The notes below the pieces were generated by a model, which was not told the origin of the DNA, ran no database searches, and was given only the letters and a program-made list of their open reading frames with translations. From positions 5,653 to 69,652 of the forward strand of contig JACFOH010000013.1 in NCBI GenBank assembly GCA_019454405.1: a stretch of 64,000 bases of DNA. The letters run 5' to 3'. Origin of the DNA: Promineifilum sp. (GTDB taxonomy: Bacteria; Chloroflexota; Anaerolineae; Promineifilales; Promineifilaceae). How positions within the stretch are numbered: position 1 is the stretch's first letter; each line of letters begins with the position of its first letter. Positions 61,464 through 64,000 of the stretch are shown here, piece after piece. The translations under genes were made by a program, and so were the position numbers.

Positions 61464-62714
61464 ATGCAAGTGCGACGTCTGTCGTTGACCAATTTTCGTA
61501 ATTACGCCCGACTGGAACTGGACCTGCCGGAGGGCGTTATTCTTCTTCATGGCGATAATGCCCAGGGCAAGACCAACCTCCTGGAAGCCATCTACTTCCT
61601 GGCTACTACGCGTTCGCCTCATGCCAGTCAGGATGCCCAACTCATCAACTGGGACGCGATGATGACCGATGAGCCGGTCGTGGTTGGGCGAATTGTGGCC
61701 GATATCGAGCGACCGGATAACCCGTGTCATCTGGAGATGCGTCTCATCGTAGAGGATAGCGGTAATTGGGCGCGCAATGGCCAGAGCGCCTTTCGTCGTG
61801 AAGCCCTCGTCAATCGTCGCAAGGTTCGATTGATGGATCTGCTGGGGCATCTGCGGGTCGTCCTCTTCTTGCCCGAGGATGTCGATCTGGTGACTGGGCC
61901 GCCGGCTAACAGGCGACGCTATCTTAATGTCACGTTATGTCAAGTCGATTCTGACTACTGCCGCGATCTATCGGCTTACAATAAAGTCCTGGAACAGCGC
62001 AACGCTCTTCTCCGGCGAATGGCCGAGGGTCAGACCCGTAACGCGGCCGATGTTCTCCAAATCCTGACCGAGAAGCTGGTCGAGCCGGGCAGCCGGGTTA
62101 TTCAACGGCGGGCCCGGTTCATCGCCGAGATGGGACGCGAGGCTCAGGAGATCCATTTTCAGGACCTTATTGGCGGTAAGGAATCGCTCCGTCTTGGCTA
62201 TCTCCCGGGGTGGTCCGCCAATGGTCGCCGGGCAGTCGACGAGCAACTGGCCGATGGAGAAGCATTGCAAGCCGATCCTGACATTGGAGCCGTCGCTGAG
62301 CGATTCGCCGCTGAATTAGCCGCCGCGCAGCCGGCCGATCTGGGGCGAGGCTCTTCGTCCGTCGGGCCCCATCGGGATGATTGGGCGGTGCTGGTCAACG
62401 GTAAGGACCTCGGTATGTTTGGGTCGCGCGGGCAGGTTCGCACGGGCGTCCTGGCGCTGAAATTGGCCGAGATCAACTGGATGAAAGCCACAACGGCCGA
62501 CATCCCCATCCTCCTTCTCGATGAAGTCATCGCTGAACTTGATCTTCACCGCCGCGAGGCATTGTTGGCCTACATCACCAATCAGGTCCGCGGCAAGGGG
62601 ATGGCTCAGGCGCTGCTGACAACGACCGACCCGGGGATGTTTCCCGATGACTTCCTCAGCCAGGCCACTGGTTTGCGGATCCAGGCCGGCCGGGTGATCG
62701 CCGGCGAGCCTTAG
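61464..62714 (+). CDS. recF: DNA replication/repair protein RecF
   Basis: NFRNY, GDNAQGKTNLLEAI, GPHRDD, GSRGQ, LLLDEV; promoter TTGCCA-17-TATCTT 7 nt before ATG. Confidence 0.95.
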   Translation: MQVRRLSLTNFRNYARLELDLPEGVILLHGDNAQGKTNLLEAIYFLATTRSPHASQDAQLINWDAMMTDEPVVVGRIVADIERPDNPCHLEMRLIVEDSGNWARNGQSAFRREALVNRRKVRLMDLLGHLRVVLFLPEDVDLVTGPPANRRRYLNVTLCQVDSDYCRDLSAYNKVLEQRNALLRRMAEGQTRNAADVLQILTEKLVEPGSRVIQRRARFIAEMGREAQEIHFQDLIGGKESLRLGYLPGWSANGRRAVDEQLADGEALQADPDIGAVAERFAAELAAAQPADLGRGSSSVGPHRDDWAVLVNGKDLGMFGSRGQVRTGVLALKLAEINWMKATTADIPILLLDEVIAELDLHRREALLAYITNQVRGKGMAQALLTTTDPGMFPDDFLSQATGLRIQAGRVIAGEP

Positions 62715-63418
62715 AGCGGCCGTTTGGTTGGTATGCCAGGCCGGCGAGGGTAGCGGTCGTCTGTGGCCCGGATTTTGGGCACGATTATCAGGTTATGAGT
62801 TCGCTCGAGGCCGGGCAGATGGATGGTCGAGATTCGTGGTTCGCCTCCGCCGAGTTGCTCGATCGCTTCCGCGGCGGCCGCCATCTCGGCTGTTCCGCTT
62901 TCTCCCTTCTGGGCAAGCAGCGCGCCACCAACCCGGCAGAGCGGCAGAAGGTACTCGACCAGGATACGTAACTCTGCCACTGCTCGGGCCGTCGCCCAGT
63001 CAAACTGTTCGCGAAATGCGGAATCGCGCCCCAATGTTTCGGCCCGCTCAACGACTACGGTGACGTTTTGCAGCCCTAATTCAGCGGCTACCAGTTCGAG
63101 GAATCGCGCCTTTTTAGCGACGCTGTCCACCAATGTTAACCTGAGTCCCGGGTAGAGGATTTTAAGCGGGAGGCCCGGGAAACCCGCGCCGCTGCCGACG
63201 TCGATGAGTGACAGATCATCCAGCGGGCCGGTGACAGTGGCGCAAGTCAACGAGTCAAGGAAGTGGCGAACGCGAATATCGTGCGGCTCGCGGATGGTCG
63301 TCAGGGCGATCCGCTCATTCCACGCCAGCAGCAATGACTCGTAAGCCGCGAACTGGTCCAGTTGCGCAACGGTCAACGATAAGCCGAATACCTGTGCCCA
63401 TGTTGCCAATTCGTCCAT
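62711..63418 (-). CDS. rsmG: 16S rRNA m7G527 methyltransferase
   Basis: WN...LT, HFLDSL, DVGSGAGFPG, RAE, ARAVA, YPRRPG. Confidence 0.95.
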   Translation of the reverse strand: MDELATWAQVFGLSLTVAQLDQFAAYESLLLAWNERIALTTIREPHDIRVRHFLDSLTCATVTGPLDDLSLIDVGSGAGFPGLPLKILYPGLRLTLVDSVAKKARFLELVAAELGLQNVTVVVERAETLGRDSAFREQFDWATARAVAELRILVEYLLPLCRVGGALLAQKGESGTAEMAAAAEAIEQLGGGEPRISTIHLPGLERTHNLIIVPKIRATDDRYPRRPGIPTKRPL

Positions 63419-63419
63419 A

Positions 63420-64000
63420 TTAGCGGTTCTGTTCGAGTTCCTTGAAACTGGCGTTGATTATGACGCGATCCCATTGCTGGCCACCGAAAGCCACAGGCGT
63501 AAATGTGATCCAGTCGTTGCGGAAGACGATCTCCCTGGCCCGGATGTACAAAGGCGCGACGGGGAAAGAGCCGTTCTCGTTGAAGAAGAGGGATTCTGCT
63601 TTCCGATAGAGCGTGGCGCGTTCGGCCGGATCGACCGTTGTGGCCGCGTGCTGCAGGAGCGTGTCAGCTTCGGAGCATTCACGGTGTTGGCGGTTTTCAC
63701 TGATCCGGCACTGCAACAGATCGGTGAGCGAATTGTGGGCATCGGGGAACGCGGGCGACCAGGCCAGCTCCCACATGTCGGGCCGGTTGGCGGCATCCTG
63801 GCGCGTTGCGGCCAGCAGCGCGCCAAATTGCATTTGCTCGATGTGAATGTTTTCCGGCAAGCATCCCAGTTCATCGACCCACATGTCGCGAAGGAGCTCG
63901 GCCTGGAGGAGCGATAAGTCGGCTGAACTGACCAATAGCGTTATTTCCGGGATGAGACGACAACTGCGGAAACTGCTGGCCGCTATCTGTTGCCGCGCAT
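63420..64000 (-). CDS. Peptide ABC transporter substrate-binding protein, C-terminal part (5'-truncated by window)
   Basis: W..ELG, WSPAFPDA, A....DPAERA.LYRKAE, VAPLY are typical of family 5 SBP C-termini. Confidence 0.75.
   Translation of the reverse strand, partial: ARQQIAASSFRSCRLIPEITLLVSSADLSLLQAELLRDMWVDELGCLPENIHIEQMQFGALLAATRQDAANRPDMWELAWSPAFPDAHNSLTDLLQCRISENRQHRECSEADTLLQHAATTVDPAERATLYRKAESLFFNENGSFPVAPLYIRAREIVFRNDWITFTPVAFGGQQWDRVIINASFKELEQNR

Noticed and set aside
61464-63418. recF and rsmG (gidB) as a sign of the replication origin
   Set aside because: No dnaA, dnaN, gyrB, mnmG or DnaA-box array nearby

Overview
GC-rich, densely coding bacterial chromosome segment with about 50 CDSs. 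No rRNA, tRNA, CRISPR array or mobile element was recognised. The gene content (many lipoproteins, Thr/Pro-rich linkers, NBR1-Ig and SdrD-B surface proteins, a GAAC-N4-GTTC LexA-type box) suggests Chloroflexota, Anaerolineae/Promineifilum-like (inference). Housekeeping genes include mutS, aspS, acnA, pyrD, guaB, purB, fabH, holB, recF, rsmG, lgt, hutH, mgtA and radC. Main leads: (1) a two-gene operon (unknown 4-TM protein plus lytic transglycosylase) with a near-consensus promoter, a perfect LexA-type palindrome and a terminator, a candidate SOS cell-wall/division checkpoint; (2) tandem PPDK/PEP-synthase-like paralogues, one with His and one with Asp at the equivalent conserved position; (3) a coiled-coil protein, a longin/roadblock-like TM-SH3-like protein and a degenerate histidine kinase in one apparent operon; (4) two related 2-TM Zn-ribbon proteins, one with and one without an extracellular domain; (5) an EAD-like domain fused to a Walker-A-degenerate STAND NTPase; (6) repeated leaderless-mRNA promoter architecture. 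All family calls are by motif recognition, with no database searches.
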